64,000 bases of DNA from a virus (IMGVR_UViG_3300028833_000064:1-64000); one strand, 5' to 3'; shown: positions 28,276 to 37,981, counted from the stretch's first letter. Notes: generated by a model not told the origin, from the sequence alone. Made by a program: numbers and translations.

Positions 28276-29070
28276 TTATTTATTATTCATCTCTTTCAGT
28301 TTATAATACCGGATTCTTTGTTTGATTCTTTGTTTTTCACGAAACTCTGGAGTTTTCGAATATGTTTTCATATATTTTCTCATATATTCATTTAATTTCT
28401 CACGATGCTCCATCCTATACCGTATGAAGTATTCTGGTTTTTTCTTCCTATACTCCTTATGGTATTGGTTTCGTTCTTTACGGTGATTTTTCTCCCATGT
28501 GGAGATTAATTGTTTCAATCTATTACGTTGTTCATCACTGAGACTTGCAAGGTATCTTTTTTTATACTCTCTCTGTTTTCTTTTCTTCAACCGTGCAAGT
28601 CTTCTCCTTTCATTAATTTCCTCACGGTGGGTTTCACGGTATTCTTTATTCTTTAACCGTATTTCCTCATGGTGAACTTCACGGTATGCTTTCTTCTTTG
28701 CAAGGATTTCTTCACGGTGAGACTCACGATATTCTTTGTTCTTCAACCGGATTTCCTTACGATGGATTTTACGGTATTCTTTATTCTTTAACCGTATTTC
28801 CTCACGGTGGGTTTCACGGTATGCTTTCTTCTTTACAAGGATTTCTTCACGGTGAGACTCACGATATTCTTTGTTCTTCAACCGTATTTCCTCACGGTGT
28901 GTTTCACGATATAATTTCTTCTTTGCAAGTGTTTTCTCACGACGAACCTCGTTCTCATTTTTCATTTTAATTCGTTCTTCTCTTTTTTTATGCTCCTCTT
29001 CACGACGTTTTTTCTGTTTCAACAAGATTTCCTCACGATGTGCTTCGTAGTATGTTTTTTGTTTATTCAT
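28276..29070 (-). CDS. highly basic helical repeat protein
   Basis: 15-aa repeat YRETHREEIRLKNKE / YRESHREEILAKKKA. Confidence 0.75.
   Translation of the reverse strand: MNKQKTYYEAHREEILLKQKKRREEEHKKREERIKMKNENEVRREKTLAKKKLYRETHREEIRLKNKEYRESHREEILVKKKAYRETHREEIRLKNKEYRKIHRKEIRLKNKEYRESHREEILAKKKAYREVHHEEIRLKNKEYRETHREEINERRRLARLKKRKQREYKKRYLASLSDEQRNRLKQLISTWEKNHRKERNQYHKEYRKKKPEYFIRYRMEHREKLNEYMRKYMKTYSKTPEFREKQRIKQRIRYYKLKEMNNK
28615..28930 (-). repeat. 45-bp coding tandem repeat (~7 units)
   Basis: Identical blocks at 28621/28801 and near-identical blocks at 28686/28821. Confidence 0.9.
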
Positions 29071-29083
29071 ATTGTTTATTTTT

Positions 29084-29707
29084 TTAAACTTGTTTAGGAC
29101 ATAATTCCACCATGTGGTGATGCCACTCTTTCCAAATGGGTTTGTATTTCTTGTTGAAATCCTCCCATCCGAAACCGTTGTTCAAATCATTCATGATTTC
29201 TTTGTTGAGTTCCACACCACATTTGTAGTTCACAATCTGCCCCCACTTTGCAATCTGCACGGCGAACATAAGAATACGTATCGAATGAAAGAGTGACTTT
29301 GCACCACACCTCATGTCAAGGTCTTTTTCCACCGTCATCTTTTTCTTGGCCTTAACCCAAGAATTGGATGAGACACCCGAAAACTCCTGTCTCAACTTCC
29401 ACTTGTCGAGTTCGAAATGAATCAAGTAGTTGTGGCAGCAGTCTTGGAAGAGTGCTTCGAGAGCAAAGATACGATGTTCCCTAATCATCTCTATGAAATC
29501 ACTTTCACGGACATACTGCATGTCGACATGCTGTCCGAATCTTTCCATACTAGTAGAGAATATTCTATTCTCATAACCTGGTTCAGATGTTGATGTTGTA
29601 TTTGACAAATCAAAGTGGTCGGGAACGATGAAACCGAAATCTAAATCAGATGTTTCGTCATTTGTCCCAAAAAGATACGAACCCCTTTCAAACATTAAAT
29701 TACTCAT
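29084..29707 (-). CDS. Pol-beta superfamily nucleotidyltransferase
   Basis: RGSYLFGT...SDLD (GS..DxD); KSLFHSIRI helix; start may be 29764. Confidence 0.75.
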   Translation of the reverse strand: MSNLMFERGSYLFGTNDETSDLDFGFIVPDHFDLSNTTSTSEPGYENRIFSTSMERFGQHVDMQYVRESDFIEMIREHRIFALEALFQDCCHNYLIHFELDKWKLRQEFSGVSSNSWVKAKKKMTVEKDLDMRCGAKSLFHSIRILMFAVQIAKWGQIVNYKCGVELNKEIMNDLNNGFGWEDFNKKYKPIWKEWHHHMVELCPKQV

Positions 29708-29840
29708 ATCATAATTGTTATTTTTTTCGAAAATCAAAAAATCATTTTCGAAATGATTTTTCATAAAACCTTTTTTCGATGATTTTTCGAAATTGATTCT
29801 TTAACACATTTCAAAAGATACTATTTATTTTCGAAAAAAC

Positions 29841-29869
29841 AAAAAAAAGGAGGAATTTCCTCCTTTTTT
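29841..29869. terminator. intrinsic terminator
   Basis: AAAAAAGGAGGAA-t-TTCCTCCTTTTTT. Confidence 0.8.
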
Positions 29870-29944
29870 ATCTTTAATATAATATCCATCGAATAGTTTA
29901 ATTCATTGACAATTTTCGAAATCGTTTCAGAAAAACTAAAAATA

Positions 29945-31381
29945 TTATTTCTTACACACAATATCTACACTTTCGCTCGCCCTCGTGATAGCGACATATC
30001 TCAACTGCCTTCTCATCTTTTTATCCATACACGAACAAATGTCCATGTCGTTTATGAAAACATGATTGAAAGTGCTGCCTTGACTCTTGTGTATTGTATG
30101 TGCATATCCATAGTCAATGACTTTTCCTTGAAGTAAAAAACCATAGTTGTCACGAATGTTGTCGTTGACAAAAAGCATGTTGTCTATCTCGTTGATACGT
30201 GCAAGATAGTTCGGTTTTTCATTGGGTGATGCAGATTTCCATCTGTTCCATAAAAGTTTCTTCTGATAACTCAGAAGTTTGGTCGCCCTCAAATTCTCCC
30301 GATTGTCCTTCACATCAATGTAAGGAACCACAACATTGAGTCCAAGAGCATCTTTCAATTTCAACTTTTTAATTGTCAATGGAATATAATCGTCACCACT
30401 ATATTCAACCTCAATATATTCAGCAACATCCTTTGTTTCTTCCTTTACGATTTCAACAACTTGGTAACTTTCTGAGTTGATGAAACGATATGGTGTTCCG
30501 GTATATCTTCTTGAATAGTCATAACCCCAGTTTGCATAGGACATCATCGGTTCTCCTTTCTGTGGGTCAAGACCGTCATATCCGAGTTTTTTCCGGATGG
30601 CGTGGTTGAGTGTTTCAACATTCTTGTTCGTAAAAGAAAGGACACGGAAAAAATTGGGGTTTTCTTTCAGACCAGGAATGTATGTTTCGAAAATCTCACT
30701 CACTTTTTTTCCGTCGGTGTGGTCGATGAAAGTGATTCCATTATCATCCTCATAACTCAGTTCGGCACCATTTCTGATTGCTGTCGCCTCTTTGAGAATA
30801 CCGTTGTCCCCAGTCCTTTCCACTTTGGTGAGTGTGATGATTTTCCCCAATTTCTGTCTGAACACAATTGAAATATCATCCTCTTTTACTGGAGCGAGCT
30901 GTGCAGGGTCTCCAACGAAGATGACCTTGCAGCTAAACTCTTGACATTTTTCCATCACGTCGGCGAAATTCTCCTCACTCAACATCGACGCTTCGTCTAT
31001 AATTACAACCGAACCTTTCATCAACTTGTTGTCACCCTCACGTCTTTTCTTCAAAGACACGTCGAAATTTTCGACATCTAAATCTTGTTCTATGACGATA
31101 CCGAAAAGAGAATTGACCGTACTAACGTGTTCGTTGACCTTTTCTTTCAAGACACCCGCTGCCTTGTGGGTGGTAGCTGCAAACTGAAGACAGACATCAT
31201 ACCGGAAAATATCCCTTATGATGCCCATCAACGTTGTCTTTCCAGTACCGGCATACCCCATCAACGTGAGACATGTCTTGTCACTCTGTATGAAATCTAC
31301 AATCTCTTCAACTGCCGCTATCTGTTCATCATTTAATTTGAGGTTGACATTTACTTTCTTACCTCTAAATTCATATTTCAT
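29945..31381 (-). CDS. dda: Dda/RecD-like SF1B helicase
   Basis: GYAGTGKT, ATTHKAA, IIDEASM, GDPAQLAPV, YAHTIHKSQGST, YVAITRA. Confidence 0.9.
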   Translation of the reverse strand: MKYEFRGKKVNVNLKLNDEQIAAVEEIVDFIQSDKTCLTLMGYAGTGKTTLMGIIRDIFRYDVCLQFAATTHKAAGVLKEKVNEHVSTVNSLFGIVIEQDLDVENFDVSLKKRREGDNKLMKGSVVIIDEASMLSEENFADVMEKCQEFSCKVIFVGDPAQLAPVKEDDISIVFRQKLGKIITLTKVERTGDNGILKEATAIRNGAELSYEDDNGITFIDHTDGKKVSEIFETYIPGLKENPNFFRVLSFTNKNVETLNHAIRKKLGYDGLDPQKGEPMMSYANWGYDYSRRYTGTPYRFINSESYQVVEIVKEETKDVAEYIEVEYSGDDYIPLTIKKLKLKDALGLNVVVPYIDVKDNRENLRATKLLSYQKKLLWNRWKSASPNEKPNYLARINEIDNMLFVNDNIRDNYGFLLQGKVIDYGYAHTIHKSQGSTFNHVFINDMDICSCMDKKMRRQLRYVAITRASESVDIVCKK

Positions 31382-31548
31382 ATACAACCAAGATTATGAA
31401 TATGTATGAAAAGTAGAACAGTATTCACCAATACTAATAAAATACCAAGAAATAACCAAAAATCTTCTCTGGAGTTAATCGAATCACATATTAGATATAT
31501 ACCACAAATGATTGCTATGATTGATAAAATAATTCCTACAATAATCAT
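31378..31548 (-). CDS. 56-aa two-TM membrane protein
   Basis: MIIVGIILSIIAIICG...; fills the gap with ATGA overlaps on both sides; not in the ORF track. Confidence 0.65.
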   Translation of the reverse strand: MIIVGIILSIIAIICGIYLICDSINSREDFWLFLGILLVLVNTVLLFIHIHNLGCI

Positions 31549-32486
31549 ATTATTTTCTCATTTATTATGTTGTAAATTTTACCTGAATATTCGACGGTCC
31601 CGTCACCATTGTCGACGATTCCCATCTTCTTTATTTTCTCAATAAGAGTGAGTAACATAAGTTCCATTGACGTTATACGTGGTTCACTTTCACGATAAAG
31701 GGCGGGACCGAGAATCGGAAGAAAGTCGGAGATTTCACCCTTGGTATACACTTCGACACCATCTATCAAAGCCAATGTCTGTCCTGTCTGGAAAGCAATA
31801 ACCTTCAAAACGTCTTTTCCACTCATGTTCTTGTTCAACGAGTCGAAATCTATTTCTTCAAGCTTGATGTCCCATAACGTATCAAGTCTCTCTTTCCAAC
31901 CACCACGTAGGGCAGACTTTATCTCGGAACGATATTGTGACCTCGACATGTGTGAAAGAATTATCCTCACGGCACGGATAACCTTCATGCAGACATCTCT
32001 CTCGACCGGTCCAGAAATAGGATTGTCCTTGTTTTCCTTATGAAGTGGTACGGTTCTGTACATCGAGTTGTTCAACTCATCGGGAACACCCTTGTAGCAC
32101 CACACAACATGTCCGTCCTTTATTACAGCGAGATTTGGGTTTCCATCCAACATTTCACAAAGTTTTTTGCAAATACCTGGTTCCATCGGTTCGTCAATGA
32201 CATAAACGATGTCTTTATCTACACTGTCAGGACTTCCATGCACATAAGACTTGGTATAGGACTCGATACGGTTTTCACATCTATATCTATTGCATTCTTT
32301 CTTATCTGTATATATATATTCCACCTCTCCACTTCTGTTTTTTCCCGTCTTTCTGATTTCTGACATATATTGCAGATGATTGATATAATGAATACACTCA
32401 TCACGATGTGGACAAGAAAAATACATATAAAATCCATCATTCAATACAGAGTAATCACCGGTACACATTCTTTTTGATTCTCCCAT
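31545..32486 (-). CDS. nucleotidyltransferase-like protein with Cys-rich N-terminus
   Basis: HGSPDSVDKD (GS..DxD); YKG.PDE.NN. Confidence 0.6.
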   Translation of the reverse strand: MGESKRMCTGDYSVLNDGFYMYFSCPHRDECIHYINHLQYMSEIRKTGKNRSGEVEYIYTDKKECNRYRCENRIESYTKSYVHGSPDSVDKDIVYVIDEPMEPGICKKLCEMLDGNPNLAVIKDGHVVWCYKGVPDELNNSMYRTVPLHKENKDNPISGPVERDVCMKVIRAVRIILSHMSRSQYRSEIKSALRGGWKERLDTLWDIKLEEIDFDSLNKNMSGKDVLKVIAFQTGQTLALIDGVEVYTKGEISDFLPILGPALYRESEPRITSMELMLLTLIEKIKKMGIVDNGDGTVEYSGKIYNIINEKII

Positions 32487-32495
32487 AACTCTACT

Positions 32496-32723
32496 CTAAT
32501 TAAAATAATCTTCATAATTTTCACCATCCCAAGCTTCTGCATAATCAATCTTGTCTTGTGGGGTATTGTTCGGAATATAGAAATCCCATATTCTACACAA
32601 GTTGCACATGTCCACGCTTTCAACTGGGACAAGGGTTCCACGTCTCGAACACTCGTAACACTCACAAAGATAATTTGCATCTGCATCGTGGCGACTGAAA
32701 TATATACAATCTTCTCTTACCAT
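32496..32723 (-). CDS. small Cys-rich protein
   Basis: 75 aa, CxCxxC and CxxC. Confidence 0.65.
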   Translation of the reverse strand: MVREDCIYFSRHDADANYLCECYECSRRGTLVPVESVDMCNLCRIWDFYIPNNTPQDKIDYAEAWDGENYEDYFN

Positions 32724-32725
32724 AC

Positions 32726-33307
32726 TTACTTTATCTTTTCGGCGAGTTCGATGTATTTCTTGATGACATCACGTCTCTCGAAAACACAGTTGGGAACCCA
32801 TTTGTTCAACTCATCGTCATCATCCAAAATCATCTGACGGACTTTGGTGGCGGAAATGCCCGAACAAGTCGCCCCACGTGCAAGAAGTTTCAGACTTACA
32901 AAGTCCCTCATAATGAAAGTCGGGAACCAAGTCGTGATAATTTCAAATCCGTCTGAATAATAGATGGTGAAATATGGTGTTTCGGCCTCCTTTAAAATTC
33001 TCGTGTAAAGATAGAAACCCCAGTCGTGTGAATTGTCACTCTCGTCTGTCAGGTCGTCGATGGGGATGATTTTCACCTCGGGACAACCGGTGTTGTATTT
33101 CTTCTTCACCGTCTCGATTGCCTCTTCTGCAAGCTGCATACGGAGGTTGATTGGGAGAGGGTTTCTCTTGTTGAATTTGTCTGCACTCCCTATGAACACA
33201 AAAACACGGTCGTTCTCGTCACATGCTTGTTCTATGAGTTCGAGATGCCCGTTGTGGATTGGTTGGAGTCTTGCCAGAATTATACCTGTCTTTGGATTCA
33301 ATATCAT
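32726..33307 (-). CDS. nicotinamide mononucleotide adenylyltransferase (NadM-like)
   Basis: RLQPIHNGH, IGSA, RNP, ISATKVR. Confidence 0.85.
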   Translation of the reverse strand: MILNPKTGIILARLQPIHNGHLELIEQACDENDRVFVFIGSADKFNKRNPLPINLRMQLAEEAIETVKKKYNTGCPEVKIIPIDDLTDESDNSHDWGFYLYTRILKEAETPYFTIYYSDGFEIITTWFPTFIMRDFVSLKLLARGATCSGISATKVRQMILDDDDELNKWVPNCVFERRDVIKKYIELAEKIK

Positions 33308-33311
33308 ATCT

Positions 33312-33671
33312 TTATTCCTCTATAGTAATCTTGTAGTTTGAAAACACATATTCAACTTGAATGGTTTTGTCGGTTCTCACCCAACCACCTTCGACGTATC
33401 TCTCCAGTTTCGACAAGAAGAAACGCTTACCTTCCTTGATAAGCTTCGGATGAGGAGTGTTCCTCCATTCATTCTCCCAAACTTTGTTGTTACTCCCATA
33501 GAAGTCATACACGAGTTTCTTCCCCTTGATGTGCAGGTTTCCTTTGTCGTCGATTTCGGCAGTCACATCCTGTAGAGCGTCTGTGGTACTGCAATTGAAA
33601 TTTAAAGTCAAGTTGTCGAACAAAGTTATGTTCGTACCTTCAACAAAACCGTAGGTGTAATTCTTTTTCAT
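33312..33671 (-). CDS. hypothetical protein
   Basis: 119-aa ORF in operon. Confidence 0.75.
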   Translation of the reverse strand: MKKNYTYGFVEGTNITLFDNLTLNFNCSTTDALQDVTAEIDDKGNLHIKGKKLVYDFYGSNNKVWENEWRNTPHPKLIKEGKRFFLSKLERYVEGGWVRTDKTIQVEYVFSNYKITIEE

Positions 33672-33675
33672 ATAT

Positions 33676-34191
33676 CTATTCTTCTAAAAATCCATATTTC
33701 TTATAGTACTCACGCTTCAGCAAGCACACCACATGTACATTTGGAACAAGACACGGGTTTTTGGGATTGGTGTCTTCCACCTTGTACTCATCCGGATGCA
33801 TGTCGAGAAGATACCTTACAACACCCTGACTCCTCGAAATACCGGCCGAACAATGGACCATCACGTTCTTTCCGATATTAGACTCGAGGAACTCGTACAT
33901 CCTCTCTGCATCCTCGTCACTCATACCGTACACGTCTTTGTACGCCTCCTTCTTTTCCGGAGTCCATTCCTCGTTGGGGAGGGCGTCCCACATCCGATAA
34001 CCGGCGATGTCGTCGAAGTCCATGTTTATCACATTCCCACATTCCTTCAACAAATGTGGTTCCTTTCCGTATGACTTATGCTCGCCAATCGAGATAAAAA
34101 CCCAGTCTGACGGAAGATGTCCGTCAGACCACTCATTGTTCAGTAACTCACGTCTGAACCCTTCCCAACTGTAACACATCAGTTTAGCCAT
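33676..34191 (-). CDS. tyrosine/dual-specificity phosphatase-like protein
   Basis: FDDI, HCSAGISRS (CX5R), PN.HV. Confidence 0.85.
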   Translation of the reverse strand: MAKLMCYSWEGFRRELLNNEWSDGHLPSDWVFISIGEHKSYGKEPHLLKECGNVINMDFDDIAGYRMWDALPNEEWTPEKKEAYKDVYGMSDEDAERMYEFLESNIGKNVMVHCSAGISRSQGVVRYLLDMHPDEYKVEDTNPKNPCLVPNVHVVCLLKREYYKKYGFLEE

Positions 34192-34194
34192 ATA

Positions 34195-34320
34195 TTATTC
34201 TTCTTTATTTTTTTCAGTCTTCATAAATTCGTTCAACACCGAATTTTCATATCCCTTTTCAATCTCGTCCTGAATCTCAGTCTCATTCATCTCCGGACTC
34301 ACGTAAATAAATTCTCCCAT
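34195..34320 (-). CDS. 41-aa acidic micro-protein
   Basis: MGEFIYVSPEMNETEIQDEIEKG..., directly after the promoter motif at 34331. Confidence 0.5.
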   Translation of the reverse strand: MGEFIYVSPEMNETEIQDEIEKGYENSVLNEFMKTEKNKEE

Positions 34321-34356
34321 AACTATATTATAAAGATACTATTTTTAATAAAAAAA

Positions 34357-34875
34357 ATGAAATCCAACAAACCCCCGTCCGAAAACTGGATACGAGAATT
34401 TCATAAATCGGCAGAATCGGCAACAAACTCATTGAACATAATCCTGTCCCAAATCGGATTGCACGTGGTAGAAGTCCCACACGATTTCTCAAACGGAGAT
34501 TCGAAAAAATACGGAATATTCCTACGGCACGGAAAATCATTCCACGAAAACACCATAGAAATCTCACTCAACCCAACACTCGTTTTCGAAAAACTTTCGG
34601 AACTCGGAAAGACTTCTCTCCGTGATGCACGACAGCAGGCATCTATCCTCACAGCCCACGAGACCTCCCACGGAATTATAGACCATATAAGAAAACACTA
34701 TATGGATTCAGGACTCACATACACGTCAATCGTCTCTAAAATCAAAAATAACTCACAGGAAGAGGAAAGAACTGCAAGAGACTTCTCACTGAACTTCGTC
34801 GACCCCTCCTACAAGTCTCTCCTGAGACTTTCCCTTACAGAAATCCTTGAACTCACGGTACGTGGTGAAACTTAA
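34357..34875 (+). CDS. putative zinc metallopeptidase-like protein (HExxH)
   Basis: AHETSHG followed by EEERTARDF; lone + strand gene; 3' overlap with 34786..35160. Confidence 0.55.
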   Translation: MKSNKPPSENWIREFHKSAESATNSLNIILSQIGLHVVEVPHDFSNGDSKKYGIFLRHGKSFHENTIEISLNPTLVFEKLSELGKTSLRDARQQASILTAHETSHGIIDHIRKHYMDSGLTYTSIVSKIKNNSQEEERTARDFSLNFVDPSYKSLLRLSLTEILELTVRGET

Positions 34876-35160
34876 ATCCATGAACCCGTCTTCACCGAGA
34901 TTCCCCCCGTGAAGCATCTCAACGTATTCGTCATCCCCTATCTCGACCCTCGACGACTCGAAACTCTTGTCCAATCCGGTCAACGAATCAACACCGACCC
35001 TCATCCTACGATAGATACCAGAATAGTCGACAAACTCCACGAAAACATCAGGCATCTGACTCACGTCCTGAACGAAACCCTCGAATACCTTTCCTTGGAA
35101 AGGAACTGCAACACGGTCTCCGACATTCACGTCATACTCTATGATAAACTTGGACATCAC
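34786..35160 (-). CDS. KOW/SH3-like hypothetical protein
   Basis: VNVGDRVAV..G.V.EG.V. Confidence 0.6.
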   Translation of the reverse strand: MMSKFIIEYDVNVGDRVAVPFQGKVFEGFVQDVSQMPDVFVEFVDYSGIYRRMRVGVDSLTGLDKSFESSRVEIGDDEYVEMLHGGNLGEDGFMDLSFTTYREFKDFCKGKSQERLVGGVDEVQ

Positions 35161-35265
35161 TCCTCCTTCTTTAAGATTTTATCAAGAACCACAGCGGCAA
35201 CATAGAATGCCGACAACGTGGCAGCCGACACTCCGAACAACTTAAATAAAAAATATTTCATATTA

Positions 35266-35571
35266 CTATACTTTATGTTCTTCTACAAATTTCCACCCTA
35301 TGTTCTCATAGACAATTCCTCCCATTAAGGGTGTACAATCAAACGGAACGACATCCTTGTATCCTTCAGACCTCATCCTGTCTGCCTCCTTCTTCACCTC
35401 TTCCACATCATCGTACAGTCCGACAATCCACGGAAGACCTTCTAAGTTCACTCCACTCACATCATCAAGACTACACGGAACACCATCGAAGTCGTATCCA
35501 TTACGGTCTCTATATGCTATACTATAACTTTTCTTCATCTTTTTCTCTGTGTGATTTTTCTCATCCTTCAT
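35266..35571 (-). CDS. hypothetical protein
   Basis: 101 aa, TAG-TAA double stop. Confidence 0.7.
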   Translation of the reverse strand: MKDEKNHTEKKMKKSYSIAYRDRNGYDFDGVPCSLDDVSGVNLEGLPWIVGLYDDVEEVKKEADRMRSEGYKDVVPFDCTPLMGGIVYENIGWKFVEEHKV

Positions 35572-35926
35572 ACTTGTTCCTTATGAAAGACTCGACCAAC
35601 CCAATGACAAACCTCTTCATGTTCGCCAATTCATAAATCATCTCCAAGGACTCCATCCTCATCCTCTGTATCCTGTGTTTCTTCGACTCGTCCCACCACT
35701 CGGCACGAAACACCAGAAAACTATCATCGGGCATGAAACTATTCCTTATGAAAAACTCCACAACCCTCCCACTCGGAAACTCCTCGTACTTACACTGAAT
35801 TGCCGGATAATCCAGACTGTGGTCTTTATCGAATACAACCTCAACCATCCTCGTGGTTAGACCACTTATCCCAAGTCCATCCAACTTATCCTTGAAATCA
35901 ACAAGTACAGTCAATCCTCTATACAT
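35561..35926 (-). CDS. hypothetical protein
   Basis: 121-aa ORF. Confidence 0.7.
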   Translation of the reverse strand: MYRGLTVLVDFKDKLDGLGISGLTTRMVEVVFDKDHSLDYPAIQCKYEEFPSGRVVEFFIRNSFMPDDSFLVFRAEWWDESKKHRIQRMRMESLEMIYELANMKRFVIGLVESFIRNKYEG

Positions 35927-35951
35927 AATCTATACAAATTTATTTCTTCAA

Positions 35952-36224
35952 CTATATGGAATATTCAATCAACGTGGTTACAAAGTCAAAGTCATACACC
36001 TCTCTCTCGACAACAACCATCTTTTTTTGATAGTCGAATGCCTTCTCTACAAAATCATAACGATAGGAAAAAATCCTATAATATCTGTCCAACAGGAGAT
36101 AATTGAAACCATATATGTCTATGTAAATCCACGCCCTCTCAACCCCAACGACACGAAACTCGTCACCGGTCTCCTTATACACTATCACATCACCTTTCGA
36201 AAATTTCAAACCGTCCTTATCCAT
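35952..36224 (-). CDS. SH3-like hypothetical protein
   Basis: KFSKGDVIVYK..G.EF.VVGV. Confidence 0.65.
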   Translation of the reverse strand: MDKDGLKFSKGDVIVYKETGDEFRVVGVERAWIYIDIYGFNYLLLDRYYRIFSYRYDFVEKAFDYQKKMVVVEREVYDFDFVTTLIEYSI

Positions 36225-36444
36225 TCCCCCTCCTTTTGTTGACAACGTCAATTATCACGAAAATCAATAACATCAAAATAGGACTGAACACTATACAAAA
36301 CAACCAGCACAGCAAATAGTTTATTCCTAACTTGGAACCATAATTACATATAAGGTGATATATCAAAAATACTACGACTATGACAAGAAAACCCAAAAGA
36401 AAGTAAAGTGGTTCCGGATTCACCAAAGTAATATCTTCAATCAT
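36217..36444 (-). CDS. small two-TM membrane protein, family copy 1
   Basis: INY....LFCIVFSPIL....IID pattern shared with 38544, 39316 and 40159. Confidence 0.75.
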   Translation of the reverse strand: MIEDITLVNPEPLYFLLGFLVIVVVFLIYHLICNYGSKLGINYLLCWLFCIVFSPILMLLIFVIIDVVNKRRGNG

Positions 36445-36447
36445 AAC

Positions 36448-36996
36448 TTACAAATCATCATCAATGGGGAAATTGTATCTATTAACATAAATTATATTGA
36501 TGTTAAACTCATCACTTATCCCTACCATACTCACACACACAGGTTTCATCTTATCACCGTTTTGTATGTACATATTCATATATGTTTTGGAATTGACTAA
36601 CATCTCATAAGAAATGTTTTCATCTTCCCAAATTAAATTACTTTTACATGTTACATACTTGAGACTTCTCTCAAATTGTTTAGATAAATTATTGAATATA
36701 ATTTTCGCCCAACTCTCGTCATAACCAGTAACACCACCAATCACGACAACAATAGCACTCACTTTTTCTTTGTATGTCTTGATTTGTAATAAAACATTAT
36801 ATCCATTGAATTCTCCTTCTAGAAAATCATCAGCTACTTCTACTTCATGGAATCCCTTGTTTTTCAATTTCTGAATCATTTCACTTTTGGTTCCGTCCAC
36901 CGGAATCCCCATGAACTTAGTCACGTCTTTCTTTTCCTGTGCATTACACACCATCACGACCATTAACATGGTCAATAAAACAATAATCTTTTTCAT
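36448..36996 (-). CDS. secreted protein, Prevotella/Bacteroides type
   Basis: Signal peptide MKKII..CNA-Q; FMGIPVDGT..EMIQKLK.KGF motif. Confidence 0.75.
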   Translation of the reverse strand: MKKIIVLLTMLMVVMVCNAQEKKDVTKFMGIPVDGTKSEMIQKLKNKGFHEVEVADDFLEGEFNGYNVLLQIKTYKEKVSAIVVVIGGVTGYDESWAKIIFNNLSKQFERSLKYVTCKSNLIWEDENISYEMLVNSKTYMNMYIQNGDKMKPVCVSMVGISDEFNINIIYVNRYNFPIDDDL

Positions 36997-36997
36997 T

Positions 36998-37579
36998 TTA
37001 TTCGAAAGGTTTATTTAATATAATAACTGTACCCATACCTATAAGAGCACTAATAAAAAAAATCGCTTCATAAGTCCCTTCTTTGTCAACTACTTCAACA
37101 GACTTATCAGGATAAAGATAAGTTATCTTCTTTGTTGGAGAATATTTTCCACATAATCTTTCATATTCTTTAGGATTTGAAGTTTCACATCCTGTTACTT
37201 GAAGATTGGTTACATAGTAGAATCCGTCATAGGCGAAGTCATAGTAGAATCCGTTACTAGTACTTTTATTCAATTGATATGACACTGTATAGTTCATGGT
37301 ATTCCCAAGTGTGTCAGCAAAACTATAAGTGTCACTTGTAATATAATTATTATCCAAACGTGTTCCGTATCCAGAATATTTAGAGTAAGATTGCCCTGTT
37401 ACAGTTACCTCATTCTTTGTGTCGGTACTCGTCCCAGCCGGGTAATAACCTTTACTTTTTAATTCTATGGCTACGTTATCAATAGTTCTATCTAACGATG
37501 TTTTTGATACTACTTTATGAGTAGTATAACAGCTACTAAAAGTAAAGCAACAAATGATTAATACAAATAACTTTTTCAT
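36998..37579 (-). CDS. predicted lipoprotein with C-terminal TM
   Basis: Lipobox FSSC; hydrophobic C-terminus. Confidence 0.7.
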   Translation of the reverse strand: MKKLFVLIICCFTFSSCYTTHKVVSKTSLDRTIDNVAIELKSKGYYPAGTSTDTKNEVTVTGQSYSKYSGYGTRLDNNYITSDTYSFADTLGNTMNYTVSYQLNKSTSNGFYYDFAYDGFYYVTNLQVTGCETSNPKEYERLCGKYSPTKKITYLYPDKSVEVVDKEGTYEAIFFISALIGMGTVIILNKPFE

Positions 37580-37600
37580 CTTTTTATAACTTTTTATTTT

Positions 37601-37981
37601 TTATTCATAATGTTTCCCAAAACTACGGTAATATACACGAGTCCCGTATTTCTCATGTGCTTTCTTATGACACTTTTCACACAAAGTGACCAAGGATTCA
37701 TCGGGATAGTCCCACGGGTCTACAAAATCATTGTTCGGAAATTTTTCATAATATTTGTGGTGTACCTGTAAATTAGAATCCGAACCACACCACGTACATC
37801 TGCAACGGTCACGAGAGATAATCTTTCTCCTTTTCTCTTTCCATCTTTCATCTTGTAACAGTTTTGAATATTCATCTCTCCAACCACCCGAGCACTCTGT
37901 TCGTTTCTCTGTTCGTTTCTCTCGGCATAAAAGAAAAAACAAAAATAACAAACCTATTATAATAGCTAACATGTCTCCCAT
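37601..37981 (-). CDS. HNH endonuclease with N-terminal hydrophobic segment
   Basis: W..KR..I..RD..RCTWC, LQVHH, LVTLCEKCH..H. Confidence 0.85.
   Translation of the reverse strand: MGDMLAIIIGLLFLFFLLCREKRTEKRTECSGGWRDEYSKLLQDERWKEKRRKIISRDRCRCTWCGSDSNLQVHHKYYEKFPNNDFVDPWDYPDESLVTLCEKCHKKAHEKYGTRVYYRSFGKHYE

Noticed and set aside
37897-37925. 12-bp duplication (KRTE twice) in the HNH gene
   Set aside because: Trivial in-frame slippage
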